From a bacterium (lineage in GTDB: Archaea; Thermoplasmatota; E2; JACPAO01; JAHFTW01): a DNA stretch of 64,000 bases. The stretch lies in NCBI GenBank assembly GCA_040390065.1, contig JAZJZE010000003.1:1-64000 (forward strand), in the 5' to 3' direction. A model generated the notes under the pieces. The model worked only from the letters and a program-made list of their open reading frames with translations, did no database searches and had not been told where the DNA came from. The position numbers and the translations under genes were made by a program. This document shows, piece after piece, positions 46,610-56,133 of this stretch; within the stretch, counting starts at the first letter, position 1; every line of letters begins with the position of its first letter.

Positions 46610-46644
46610 GTTTCCGCCTTTTCCCCTTTTTCAGTCCTTTTCTT
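46610..46644 (+). terminator. Archaeal T-rich terminator-like tract
   Basis: TTTCCGCCTTTTCCCCTTTTTCAGTCCTTTTCTT immediately after the stop codon. Confidence 0.6.
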
Positions 46645-46723
46645 GGGGCGTCGTTCGTCCACCAGGAGTACACTTCGACAAACCGACCATCGTGCTTATG
46701 TGGTCGCGCCCGGCTTTCGGAGT

Positions 46724-47869
46724 GTGTTGGAGAACCAGGTGCGCCGGTGGGCCTTGCCCCTCGGGCTGCTTTCATTGCTCGTGATTGTTCCGTACGCGGC
46801 AGCCCTCTCCGGTGACTTGAGCACCGCCGAGGACGCCGGCCAAGCCCTCCTTGACCACGCCGAAAGCCGCGTGTCGCGCATCGTTGGACCGGTGCCAGAT
46901 CCGCAACTCGTCCCCGGTGACGGTTCCGGGTCGTCGGGCGGACAAAGCTCGCCGCACCCTGGGACCCAGCCGGGACCTGCACACCCCGACGTCGGGGCGC
47001 TTCTCGACCGCGTGCCGGCCGATGTCGTGTCCGCGGTGCCCCCCATCGTGGCCGACAACGCCGCCGCTCTCCTCAAGACCGCGCAGGCCAAGGCCGACGA
47101 AGTCTCCCACTCCATCCCGCCCCTGCCCGGCTCCGACGCCAGCGGCGACGAGGCGCAAGCCCAGGACGCAAGCGTCACCCCGCAGTCCCAGGCGGCCATC
47201 CCCGAAGGCTCGCTCCTTGTCGCCGGCTCGATCCTCGTCGTCGGCGCGACCGCGGCGGCGGCGACCTACGTCGTCCTCTGGCTTGCGGGTTCCTCCAGCA
47301 CGCTGTCGGCCGGCGCCGCGACGCCCGAACTGCGCCGGCTCCTGCCGCTTGCCAGCCCGCTCTTTACGCGCTTCGAACGCGACACGGTCCTTGGCCACCC
47401 GCGCCGCGAACAGCTCTACGCCCGCATCCTCCAGGAGCCCGGCATCTCGTTGCAGGACCTGGGACGCGCAACCGGGCTGTCGCGCACGGCCGTCGTGCAC
47501 CACTTGCGCCTGCTGGAGCAGCAGCACCTCATCATCTCGCGCCGCGTCGGCCGCAGCCGCCACTACTACGAGAACGGCGGCCGGTACGGGCACGACCAGA
47601 AGGAAGCATACGCCATCCTGCGCAACGACCGCAGCAAGGCCGTCGCCGAATTCATCCGCAACCACCCCGGGACGATGCAGAAGTCGCTGTGCGAGGCCCT
47701 GTCCATCCCGCCGTCCATCGCGCACTGGCACGTCCGCCGCCTCAGCGAAGGCGGCCTCGTCGAGACCATCCGCCAGGGCCGCGCGGTCGCCTACTTCCCA
47801 GGCGCCAGCATGGCCAGCGTGGTTGCGGGCTCGCACGTCGAAATGCCGGCCGCGGCGCCGACGGCGTAG
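46724..47869 (+). CDS. Membrane-anchored transcriptional regulator with tandem winged HTH domains (COG3398-type)
   Basis: Signal peptide and TM, then LFTRFERDTVLGHPRREQLY..I..EPGI...HHLRLLE and a second wHTH NHPG..QK...WHVRRL. Confidence 0.88.
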   Translation: MLENQVRRWALPLGLLSLLVIVPYAAALSGDLSTAEDAGQALLDHAESRVSRIVGPVPDPQLVPGDGSGSSGGQSSPHPGTQPGPAHPDVGALLDRVPADVVSAVPPIVADNAAALLKTAQAKADEVSHSIPPLPGSDASGDEAQAQDASVTPQSQAAIPEGSLLVAGSILVVGATAAAATYVVLWLAGSSSTLSAGAATPELRRLLPLASPLFTRFERDTVLGHPRREQLYARILQEPGISLQDLGRATGLSRTAVVHHLRLLEQQHLIISRRVGRSRHYYENGGRYGHDQKEAYAILRNDRSKAVAEFIRNHPGTMQKSLCEALSIPPSIAHWHVRRLSEGGLVETIRQGRAVAYFPGASMASVVAGSHVEMPAAAPTA

Positions 47870-47875
47870 GCACGG

Positions 47876-49201
47876 CTACTCGTTGGTTTCATCGTCATCG
47901 ACGACCTTGATCTGCGCGTCCTCGTCGAGGACCCAGCCGCCCCGTGGTGGCGGCGGCCGCGTCGGTGCCTTTGCCTGGCCTGGCAATGCTCGGTCGAGTC
48001 CCAGGTAGAGGCCGCGGGTCGCCTGCTCGACGACGCGCTCGGTTGCCATGACGCCTTCGGCGACCTTGGCTGCCGTCGCGGCGACGGCGCGACCGCGTGG
48101 CGTGATGGTGCGCAGGCGTCCCATGAGGCGGAATGTGCGCCACAGGCCGCGCGCCGCGTAGAACGCGATGCCGATCCAGATGCCCGCGATGAGGTACGCC
48201 ATGCGATGCGCAAACAGGTAGGCCACGGCGTTCTTGTCGTCGTGCAGGAACAGGTTCTGGCCGAAGGCGACGATGGCGTACGTCGCGGCGAGGAGGATGG
48301 CGGCCCACGGCGCGGCGTTGCGGCCCCGCAGCAGAAGGTGCGTGCGCTGCAGCGTCGTGTACGAGACGTACACCCAAGTTCCCAAGAGGACGAGGTAGAC
48401 GAGGAGCGTGTCCAGGCCGCCTTCGAGCGCGATGAGATAGGATACGGCGTCCGCGAGGGCGCACGCGGCGAGGATGCCGGCGACGAACAGGTGCAGTTCG
48501 CGGATGACGAGGCCGCGCAGGTCCAGCCGGTTGACGAGGCGGATGAACCACCAGGAGGCGAGGATGGCGGACGTGATCATGGCGCCGATCCACAGTGTCG
48601 GGAGGTACAGGCCGCCGTGGCGCCACCAGACGGGCAGGGCCACGCAGACGGCGACGTCGAGGATGAGGGGAAGCGCCAGCCAACCACGCCGGCGATGGGG
48701 CAGCAACCGGTGGGCGTCGTAGATCATCTCCTCGAGCACGAAGACGAGGTTGAAGCCGGCCAGACCGAAGATGAGGAAGGCAAGCACGCGCGCCACGACG
48801 AACAGGTCATTGACGCGGCCTCCGCCGCCGAGCCACGCCGTCGATGCGTACAAGGTGAGGACGATGGCCGCCGCGATGGCGACCGAGCGGTGGCCGAGGC
48901 CGAGCCAGTAGCCCGGCGCCGCGATGAGGAAGGTGAGGGCGCCGATGGTGGCCAGGCGTTCCGTCATCTCGGCGTAGCCAGGGCGCGCGATGGGCAGCAC
49001 CGCGAGTACGGCGAGGATGGACAGCCCGACGGCGGCCAGGATGGCGATGCCGCGGTCGCGGAAGGCGTGCGCGCTGCTCAGGCGCTTGCGCAGGGCGAGC
49101 GTCGAGGCGTGGATGTCGCCCAGGAGGGTGTGGGGCTCTGCCGGATGCGGCGGCGCCGTCGCGGGCGGCTGCGGCTGCACCGGTTCCGGCGGCTCGCTCA
49201 A
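47876..49201 (-). CDS. Hypothetical multi-pass membrane protein
   Basis: About 10 TMs; TTG start with CTTAAG ~25 nt upstream. Confidence 0.78.
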   Translation of the reverse strand: MSEPPEPVQPQPPATAPPHPAEPHTLLGDIHASTLALRKRLSSAHAFRDRGIAILAAVGLSILAVLAVLPIARPGYAEMTERLATIGALTFLIAAPGYWLGLGHRSVAIAAAIVLTLYASTAWLGGGGRVNDLFVVARVLAFLIFGLAGFNLVFVLEEMIYDAHRLLPHRRRGWLALPLILDVAVCVALPVWWRHGGLYLPTLWIGAMITSAILASWWFIRLVNRLDLRGLVIRELHLFVAGILAACALADAVSYLIALEGGLDTLLVYLVLLGTWVYVSYTTLQRTHLLLRGRNAAPWAAILLAATYAIVAFGQNLFLHDDKNAVAYLFAHRMAYLIAGIWIGIAFYAARGLWRTFRLMGRLRTITPRGRAVAATAAKVAEGVMATERVVEQATRGLYLGLDRALPGQAKAPTRPPPPRGGWVLDEDAQIKVVDDDETNE

Positions 49202-49262
49202 CGGGGAGCGAAGCACGTTTGGCGGCTTAAGAACGGGGCGGATGCGCGGCCGGTGCTGCGTC

Positions 49263-50111
49263 TCAGTACGTGTAGAAGCCGCGCCCCGTCTTGCGGCCGA
49301 GGTGGCCGGCCTGGACCTTCTGCACCAGGAGCGGGCAGGGGCGGTACTTGGGGTCGCCAAATCCGTCCTGCAGGACCTTGAGGATGGCGAGGCACGTGTC
49401 GAGGCCGATGAAATCGGCAAGCGCCAGGGGCCCCATCGGGTGGTTCATGCCGAGTCTCATGATGGCGTCGATGTCCTCCGGTGTGGCAACACCTTCGTTC
49501 AGGCAGAAGATGGCCTCGTTGATCATCGGCATGAGGACACGGTTCGAGATGAAACCAGGGAAGTCGCGGCAGCTGTGGACTTCCTTCCCCATCTTGCGGC
49601 CAGCGTCGACCACGGCGGCGAGGGTGGCGTCGGAGGTTTCGGCGCCGCGGATGACCTCGACGAGTTTCATAAGCGGCACGGGATTCATGAAATGCATGCC
49701 GATGAAGCGGTCGGGTCGCTTGGTCGCGGCGGCGAGCAGCGTGATGGGGATGCTTGACGTGTTGGAGGCGAGGATGCAGCCCGGCCCGACGATGCCGTCC
49801 AGATCGGCAAACAGTTTGCACTTCACGTCGGCGTTCTCGACGACGGCCTCGACCACGAGGTCGCAGTCGGAGAGCGCCTGGTTGTCGGTCGACGTCGTGA
49901 TGCGGGCGCGGGCGGTCTTCGCGTCTGCGTCGGCGACGACCTTCTTCTCCACGAGTTTCGCCAGGCTTTTGTCGATGCCGGCGAGGCCCTTCTGGACGAA
50001 CTCGGGCTTGAGGTCGACGAGGACGACGCGGTAGCCGGCTTGCGCGGCCACTTGGGCGATGCCGGCGCCCATCTGTCCCGCGCCGACGACGCCGACGGTC
50101 TGCACTGCCAT
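49263..50111 (-). CDS. hbd: 3-hydroxybutyryl-CoA dehydrogenase
   Basis: [53 protein letters not shown]. Confidence 0.96.
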   Translation of the reverse strand: MAVQTVGVVGAGQMGAGIAQVAAQAGYRVVLVDLKPEFVQKGLAGIDKSLAKLVEKKVVADADAKTARARITTSTDNQALSDCDLVVEAVVENADVKCKLFADLDGIVGPGCILASNTSSIPITLLAAATKRPDRFIGMHFMNPVPLMKLVEVIRGAETSDATLAAVVDAGRKMGKEVHSCRDFPGFISNRVLMPMINEAIFCLNEGVATPEDIDAIMRLGMNHPMGPLALADFIGLDTCLAILKVLQDGFGDPKYRPCPLLVQKVQAGHLGRKTGRGFYTY

Positions 50112-50152
50112 GCTCGCGGCACGCTTGCGCCGTTCAAAAAGGCCCGTGGCCG

Positions 50153-50947
50153 TCACTTGCGCAGGATCAGGCGGTCGCGGCGGAACAGGCGCAGCGCCAA
50201 GGCAAAGAGTGCGGCGTCGACGACGACGAGGCCGGCCCCGACGATGAGGACGAACCAGGCGGGGCCGACGAATTGGTAGAAGCGCACGACGGCGCGGCCG
50301 GGATCCGTGTACGACAGGATCGTGTTGAGGAGACCCGGCAGCATGTAGAGGGGAAGGAGGATGAGGCCGAGGATCTGCGCCGCCGCCTTGACGGTCGCTG
50401 CCCGCATGCTCACCATCGCCCCGATGCTCGCGACGAGGATGCCGGCCAACGTCCCCAAGAGCGGCCCGGCAAGAAGTGCGCCCGCGTAGCCGAAGCCCGC
50501 GCCGCCCCATAGGACGAGGCATGCTGCGAACTGGAAGATGCTGAAGGCGACCGTGCTTGCGAGGATGAACAGCGCCGACGCGAGGATCTTGCCGGCGAGG
50601 ATGGCGCGGTCTGGCAGCGGGCCTGCCAGCAGCGTCTCGAGCGTGTGGCGTTCGCGCTCGCCGGCAAAGCTGTCGACGACGAAGCCGATGGTCACGACGG
50701 CTCCCTGGTACGCCATGGCGATGACGCCGGTCAGGGCCACCATGGACACGAGGAAGGCGTCGCCTCCCAGGGATCGGGCTGCAGCGCCACGCAGGAGGTT
50801 CCCGAAGACGAAGGCGAAGAAGATCGGGGTCCCGATGCCGAGGATGCCGACGAAGAACAGGGCCCCCCAAGTCGAGCGCGACGGCCGCCCGCGGCGCAGG
50901 AACTGCTCGCGCCACTCCTTCCACACGACGGTGCCGACGTCGCTCAT
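50153..50947 (-). CDS. ABC-2 type transporter permease
   Basis: [31 protein letters not shown]; six TMs. Confidence 0.93.
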   Translation of the reverse strand: MSDVGTVVWKEWREQFLRRGRPSRSTWGALFFVGILGIGTPIFFAFVFGNLLRGAAARSLGGDAFLVSMVALTGVIAMAYQGAVVTIGFVVDSFAGERERHTLETLLAGPLPDRAILAGKILASALFILASTVAFSIFQFAACLVLWGGAGFGYAGALLAGPLLGTLAGILVASIGAMVSMRAATVKAAAQILGLILLPLYMLPGLLNTILSYTDPGRAVVRFYQFVGPAWFVLIVGAGLVVVDAALFALALRLFRRDRLILRK

Positions 50948-51876
50948 GGCGAAGCCTCCGCGGCGACGAGGGCGAGGAAGTCCTCTTCGAGGCTGGCCCG
51001 CACACGGCGGACCTCCTCCACGGCCATGCCCGCATCGATCATGGCCTTGACGATGGCGGGCAGCCGCGAACCGGGGGCCAGTGTCAGGCGGAGTGCTCCA
51101 TCGACCGGCTCGACCGCCTCGATGTCCTTGCGCTTGCGTAATGCGGCCAGCCCGCGCGCGGGGAACGGGCCGCCAGTCACATCGACTTGCTCTTGCCGTC
51201 CCGTTCGCAGTTCGCCGGGCGGGCCGACGGCCAACAGGCGGCCGGCGCGGATGACCGCCACGCGGTCGCACACCTGCTCCGCCTCGTGCAGGTTGTGCGT
51301 CGTGAGGAAGATCGTCGTCTTGTCTTGCCGCACGAGTTCTGGAAGTTGGGCGCGCAGTGCGGCGGCGGCCTGGGGGTCATGCCCCGCCGTGGGCTCGTCG
51401 AGGAACACGATGGAGGGGCGGTGCATGAGGGTGCGCGCGATGGCGAGTTGCTGCTTCATGCCGCGGCTCCACGTGCCGACGTTGTCGTCGCGACGCTCCC
51501 ACAGCCCGAGTTGGTCGAGGAGTTCACGGATGCGCTGGGCGCGGTCGGCAGCGTCCATGCGGTGCATGCGCCCGTGCAGGTCGAGGTTCTCGCGGGCGGA
51601 CAGGCGCTCGTACAAGCCGTTGTGTTCGAGAAGGGCACCGCAGCGGCGCCGCACCTCGCCGGGCGCCGTGCCGACGTCGAAGCCGGCCACTTGGGCCGAG
51701 CCTGCAGTCGGGGCAACGATGCCCAGCAGCAGATGCAGCGTGGTGGTTTTTCCCGCGCCGTTTGGTCCCAGGAAACCGAAGATGCTTCCCTGCGGGACTT
51801 GCAGGTCGAGCCCTTCGACGGCCTTGACGTCGCCGAAGTGGCGGGCGAGGTGCCGTGCCTCGATGGCGTAGGGCAC
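50944..51876 (-). CDS. ABC transporter ATP-binding protein
   Basis: [25 protein letters not shown]. Confidence 0.95.
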   Translation of the reverse strand: MPYAIEARHLARHFGDVKAVEGLDLQVPQGSIFGFLGPNGAGKTTTLHLLLGIVAPTAGSAQVAGFDVGTAPGEVRRRCGALLEHNGLYERLSARENLDLHGRMHRMDAADRAQRIRELLDQLGLWERRDDNVGTWSRGMKQQLAIARTLMHRPSIVFLDEPTAGHDPQAAAALRAQLPELVRQDKTTIFLTTHNLHEAEQVCDRVAVIRAGRLLAVGPPGELRTGRQEQVDVTGGPFPARGLAALRKRKDIEAVEPVDGALRLTLAPGSRLPAIVKAMIDAGMAVEEVRRVRASLEEDFLALVAAEASP

Positions 51877-52235
51877 TACTTCTTCCCCTTCGCCTGCGCC
51901 AAGACCTTGGCTCGCGCCTTCTGGTAGCGCGTCTCCGACATGTCACCCTTGGCGCGGGCCTCGTCGAGGGACGCGAGGATGCCGTCGACCTCGGACCGGG
52001 AGGCCTGCTGGATATGGTCGCTGGGGAGCGGCACCTCGATGGCCTCCTTCTTGCGGACGGCGACGCCGAGGAGGGCGATCGCGACGGCGGGCAGCCACGT
52101 GTAGACGAGGATGGCGGGGTCCTTGGGTTCGCCCTGCATGAAGAACATGGCCAACCCGACGGCCGCGATGACGACGGCCAGTGGGATCGTGAACTTCAGA
52201 AGCGGATACTTTTGGCGCATCACGGCAAACGGCAT
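51876..52235 (-). CDS. Small 2-TM protein with SHOCT-like C-terminus
   Basis: Two TMs; LDEARAKGDMSETRYQKAR. Confidence 0.7.
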   Translation of the reverse strand: MPFAVMRQKYPLLKFTIPLAVVIAAVGLAMFFMQGEPKDPAILVYTWLPAVAIALLGVAVRKKEAIEVPLPSDHIQQASRSEVDGILASLDEARAKGDMSETRYQKARAKVLAQAKGKK

Positions 52236-52307
52236 GGACTCACTCGACTCCGCGATGCCCGCGCGCTTGAAAAGGGGGATGGCCCCGGCGCTGGGCGGCG
52301 TGTTCGT

Positions 52308-52613
52308 CTACAGCTGGTCGAGGATGGAGTCGCGATGGCTCTTCCACTCGGCGTCCGGGATGATTCCCTTGGCGCGCAGGTCGTCGAGCCGGGCGAGCCT
52401 GGACTCCGGCGAGGCGTCGACCCACGCGGGGTCATTTGGACCCACCGCGGACTGCCCGTCCATGCCCCCGCCGAGCTGGACGAGGCAGAGGACCGTTCCA
52501 AGAAGGCCCACGATCATAAGGACAACGCCGAAGGCCGCTGTGTACGGGGCCATGAAGACGCCGATTGCAAGGACGAGAAGACTGAGCACGAGGGCGGAGA
52601 CGCTCAGGGACAT
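52308..52613 (-). CDS. Small 2-TM SHOCT domain protein
   Basis: RLARLDDLRAKGIIPDAEWKSHRDSIL. Confidence 0.72.
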   Translation of the reverse strand: MSLSVSALVLSLLVLAIGVFMAPYTAAFGVVLMIVGLLGTVLCLVQLGGGMDGQSAVGPNDPAWVDASPESRLARLDDLRAKGIIPDAEWKSHRDSILDQL

Positions 52614-52678
52614 GGGGACGGCCACCGCGGGCGTGGATATCAGCGTTCCACGTCCAAACAACTTCTTGGAGGTTGTAT

Positions 52679-53863
52679 CTACTTGGGGACGCGCACTTGC
52701 ATGCTCACGGCATTGCCGCCGCCGAGGCACAGCGTCGCGACACCGCGCCCGCCACCGCGGCGCTTGAGTTCGTGCGTGAGGGTCAGAAGCACGCGGGTTC
52801 CGGAGGCGCCAATCGGATGGCCGAGGGCGACGGCGCCGCCATTGACGTTGAAGCGGTCGTCCGGGATCTTGAGATCCTTCTGGACCGCGCAACTGGCCGA
52901 GGCGAAGGCCTCGTTGTGCTCGAACAAGTCGATGTCGGCGACGCTGCGGCCGGTCCGTGCCAACAGATTGCGCACACTCGCGATGGGCGCCTCCATGACC
53001 CACTCGGGTTTCGTCCCCGACGCGTCGTACCCCTCGATCTCCGCAAGGATTGGCAGGCCATGCGTGCGCGCATAGGCGGCGGATGCGACGACGACAGCCG
53101 CGGCGCCGTCGGAGATCTGGCTCGAGTTCCCGGCAGTCACCTGGCCGTCCGCGCGGAAGGACGGTTTGAGGTTGGCAAGGCCTGCCTCCGTCGTGTCGGG
53201 CCGGATGCCTTCGTCCAGGCGTACGACGAGGGGCGCACCTTTTCGTTGCGGGATGGAGACGGGGACAATCTCCGCGTCGAAGCGGCCGGCTTGCTGGGCG
53301 GCAAGCGCACGGCCATGGCTGCGCGCGGCGAGGCGGTCGGCGTCGGCGCGGTGCACGTGGAACCGTTCGGCGACAATCTCGCCGGTCTCGCCCATGTGGA
53401 ACTGGTTGTAGTGGTCCCAGAGTCCGTCGTGCACCATGTGGTCGACGAGCTTGCCGTCGCCGAGGCGGATGCCGGAGCGCGAGCCGAGGAGCATGTGCGG
53501 TGCGTTCGTCATCGATTCCATGCCGCCGGCCACGACGAGGTCACGGTCGCCGGCCTTGATGGCCTGCGCGGCAAGCATGACGGCCTTGAGGGCGGACCCG
53601 CAGACCTTGTTGATGGTCACGGCCGGCACGGTGTCAGGCAGGCCGCCGCCGAGGGCAGCGGCACGCGCCGGGTTCTGTCCCAGGCCAGCCTGCAGGACGT
53701 TGCCGAGGATTGCCTCCTGGATGTCGCCGGGCTTGACGCCGGCGCGGCGGACGGCTTCGCGCACGACCACGGCCCCCGTCTGCGTGGCCGATAGGGGCGA
53801 AAGGGCGCCCTGGAAGCGGCCGATGGGCGTGCGGGCTCCGGCCACCAGGACGGGGTTCTCCAC
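52679..53863 (-). CDS. Acetyl-CoA C-acetyltransferase (thiolase)
   Basis: RTPIGRF, GQNPAR, TINKVCGS, GGMESMT, NEAFA, GHPIGASG, CLGGG. Confidence 0.96.
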   Translation of the reverse strand: MENPVLVAGARTPIGRFQGALSPLSATQTGAVVVREAVRRAGVKPGDIQEAILGNVLQAGLGQNPARAAALGGGLPDTVPAVTINKVCGSALKAVMLAAQAIKAGDRDLVVAGGMESMTNAPHMLLGSRSGIRLGDGKLVDHMVHDGLWDHYNQFHMGETGEIVAERFHVHRADADRLAARSHGRALAAQQAGRFDAEIVPVSIPQRKGAPLVVRLDEGIRPDTTEAGLANLKPSFRADGQVTAGNSSQISDGAAAVVVASAAYARTHGLPILAEIEGYDASGTKPEWVMEAPIASVRNLLARTGRSVADIDLFEHNEAFASASCAVQKDLKIPDDRFNVNGGAVALGHPIGASGTRVLLTLTHELKRRGGGRGVATLCLGGGNAVSMQVRVPK

Positions 53864-53986
53864 GGGCCTCCCGACAGGGGGCGGGATGAAAAGGCCGAGG
53901 GCGTGGGACCACCTCTTCCCGGTGAAGGACGTGGCCAGAAGGCTTTTCTGTCCCCTCCTGGCTGCAAGCACTGGGTCCAGGTCCAT

Positions 53987-56131
53987 ATGGATGAGCACTC
54001 TAGCATTTTCACGTCCAACCCCCGCAAGGTCCTCCTGGTCGCCTGTTTGGTGGGTTTGGCCGCCGTCGCCCTGCTCATGGCTGCCCCCAACGCGCACGCC
54101 GCCGTCACCTCGACGTCCATCACATCCGCCAGTGGCCCGCTGACCCGCATTACCATTGGCCAGGACCTCGGCTGCGAAGCCAACTACCTTGGCGACGCGT
54201 CGGACGAGTTCTTCCCGCCCAAGACGGACGGGGAACTCATGAACAACGTCGGCGACTGCGGCACCATGCTCATGGTCGACCCGCCGACGACGGGCACGTT
54301 CTTCGGCCCCGACTTCTCCATCAGCGGCCACGGCGGCACGGCTGCCGGCAAGGTGGACCAGCCCGTTCCCCACACCAACTATGTCTACACCAGCCAGAGC
54401 GCCGTAAGCGGCACGGGCGGCGGCTCGACCCCGTACAAGATTACCACGATCGTCGAGGCCGGGAAAGCCCACATCGTGCAGGACGACTTCTATTTCCTCG
54501 GCGACCAGTTCTGGTCCACCTCGACCACTATCACGAACACGGACTCGGGCACGCACAACTATCGCCTCTGGCGCGCGGCCGACTGTTACCTCGGCGACGA
54601 CGACGAGGGGTACGGCTGGGCGGACCCGCCGGGCAACTACGCCAAGGTCGCCTGCACGGTGAACCCGTACAACCAGCCCAACGCCCGGTACGAGATGTTC
54701 ACGCCGCTCACCCCGGGCTCGCACTACATGGAGGACCAGTACGACACCGTCTGGCAGACCATCGGTGCCCGCGCCGCCTTCCCCGACACCATCCATGCGT
54801 ACGGCAAGCCGCCGTGCACGCAGCCGCCGGCGCCGCCGCCCAACCCGCCTTGCCCGAAGGAGGACAACGGCATGGGACTCAGCTGGGACTTCCAACTGAA
54901 CGGGGGCGCCCAGTTCACCATCGCCGCAACGACGAAGTTCCAGCCTGACGCGCCGCCCAACATGCCGCCCACGGTGGGCATCCAGGTCACGATGGGCACG
55001 CCGACCTGCAAGGACTCGCACATCCAGTTCACCGCCATCGCGAGCGACCCGGACGGCAGCATTTCCTCGGTCGTCTGGGACTTCGGCGACGGCAAGACGG
55101 CGGAAGCCAGCTCGGCCTCGCACACCTACGCCGACGAGGGCGACTACACGGTCATCGTGACGGTCACCGACAACGGCAAGGCGACAGCGTCCGCGACCCG
55201 CCAAGTGCACGCGCCGCCGGACACCAACTGCTGCCCCGAACTCAGCCCCGTCCCCGACCGCAGCGTCATGGAAGGACTGTCGTTCCGCTTCTTCCCGTAC
55301 ACGACGGACTGGGAGGGCGACTCCATGACGTACACGATGCAGACCGAGCTGCCCCATGGCGCGACCCTGGATGCATCGACCGGGTACTTCGCGTGGCGCA
55401 CTCTTGGCGGAGATGCCGGCGATTACCAGATGACGCTGCACGTCACGGACAACCGCGACCACTCCAGCGAGCCCGCGCCGTGCCAGGACACCCAGAACTT
55501 CATCCTCAAGGTGACCCCCAAGCCGCCAAGCACGCCGATCACCGACTCCGACCGCGACGGCATCGACGACTCGGCCGACAATTGCCCGGGTGTGCCGAAC
55601 CTCGACCAGGCCGACCGCGACCGCGACAACATCGGTGACGCCTGCCAAGGCGAAGCCGCGGCCACGACCACCTACACGCCGACCGAAGTCGGACCGAAGA
55701 CGCCCACCGACCGCGACGGCGACGGCGTGCCTGATACGCAAGACCTGTGCCCCGGCATCGCCAACGGCGACCAGACCGACTTCGACCACGACCGCATCGG
55801 CGACGTGTGCGACGCCGACCTCGACGGCGACGGCATCATGCAGACCGGCGGACTCAGCGGCTCGTTCCACGACAACTGCCCGCTCGTCCCCAACCCGGAC
55901 CAGACGGACACCGGCAACCTCGGCATCGGCGACAAGTGCCGCGGCTCGGCGGGCCAGCAGGCCGGAGCCGGCATCGGCGCGACCGACGGCCAACCCGCCG
56001 CCGACGGGGCGGCCTCCGTGGGCGCGCCTGCCAGCAAGAGCCCCATCCTCATGTTCGGCATCATCGTGGCCGTCGCCGCCGTGATCCTCACGGTCGGCGT
56101 CGTCATGTGGGGCGTCCGCCGCCGCGAGTAG
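53987..56131 (+). CDS. Cell-surface protein with PKD, Ig-like and thrombospondin type 3 repeats
   Basis: Signal peptide; WDFGDG PKD; DSDRDGIDDSADNCP..PN.DQ.D.D.D.IGDAC repeats; C-terminal TM plus RRRE. Confidence 0.92.
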   Translation: MDEHSSIFTSNPRKVLLVACLVGLAAVALLMAAPNAHAAVTSTSITSASGPLTRITIGQDLGCEANYLGDASDEFFPPKTDGELMNNVGDCGTMLMVDPPTTGTFFGPDFSISGHGGTAAGKVDQPVPHTNYVYTSQSAVSGTGGGSTPYKITTIVEAGKAHIVQDDFYFLGDQFWSTSTTITNTDSGTHNYRLWRAADCYLGDDDEGYGWADPPGNYAKVACTVNPYNQPNARYEMFTPLTPGSHYMEDQYDTVWQTIGARAAFPDTIHAYGKPPCTQPPAPPPNPPCPKEDNGMGLSWDFQLNGGAQFTIAATTKFQPDAPPNMPPTVGIQVTMGTPTCKDSHIQFTAIASDPDGSISSVVWDFGDGKTAEASSASHTYADEGDYTVIVTVTDNGKATASATRQVHAPPDTNCCPELSPVPDRSVMEGLSFRFFPYTTDWEGDSMTYTMQTELPHGATLDASTGYFAWRTLGGDAGDYQMTLHVTDNRDHSSEPAPCQDTQNFILKVTPKPPSTPITDSDRDGIDDSADNCPGVPNLDQADRDRDNIGDACQGEAAATTTYTPTEVGPKTPTDRDGDGVPDTQDLCPGIANGDQTDFDHDRIGDVCDADLDGDGIMQTGGLSGSFHDNCPLVPNPDQTDTGNLGIGDKCRGSAGQQAGAGIGATDGQPAADGAASVGAPASKSPILMFGIIVAVAAVILTVGVVMWGVRRRE

Positions 56132-56133
56132 GC

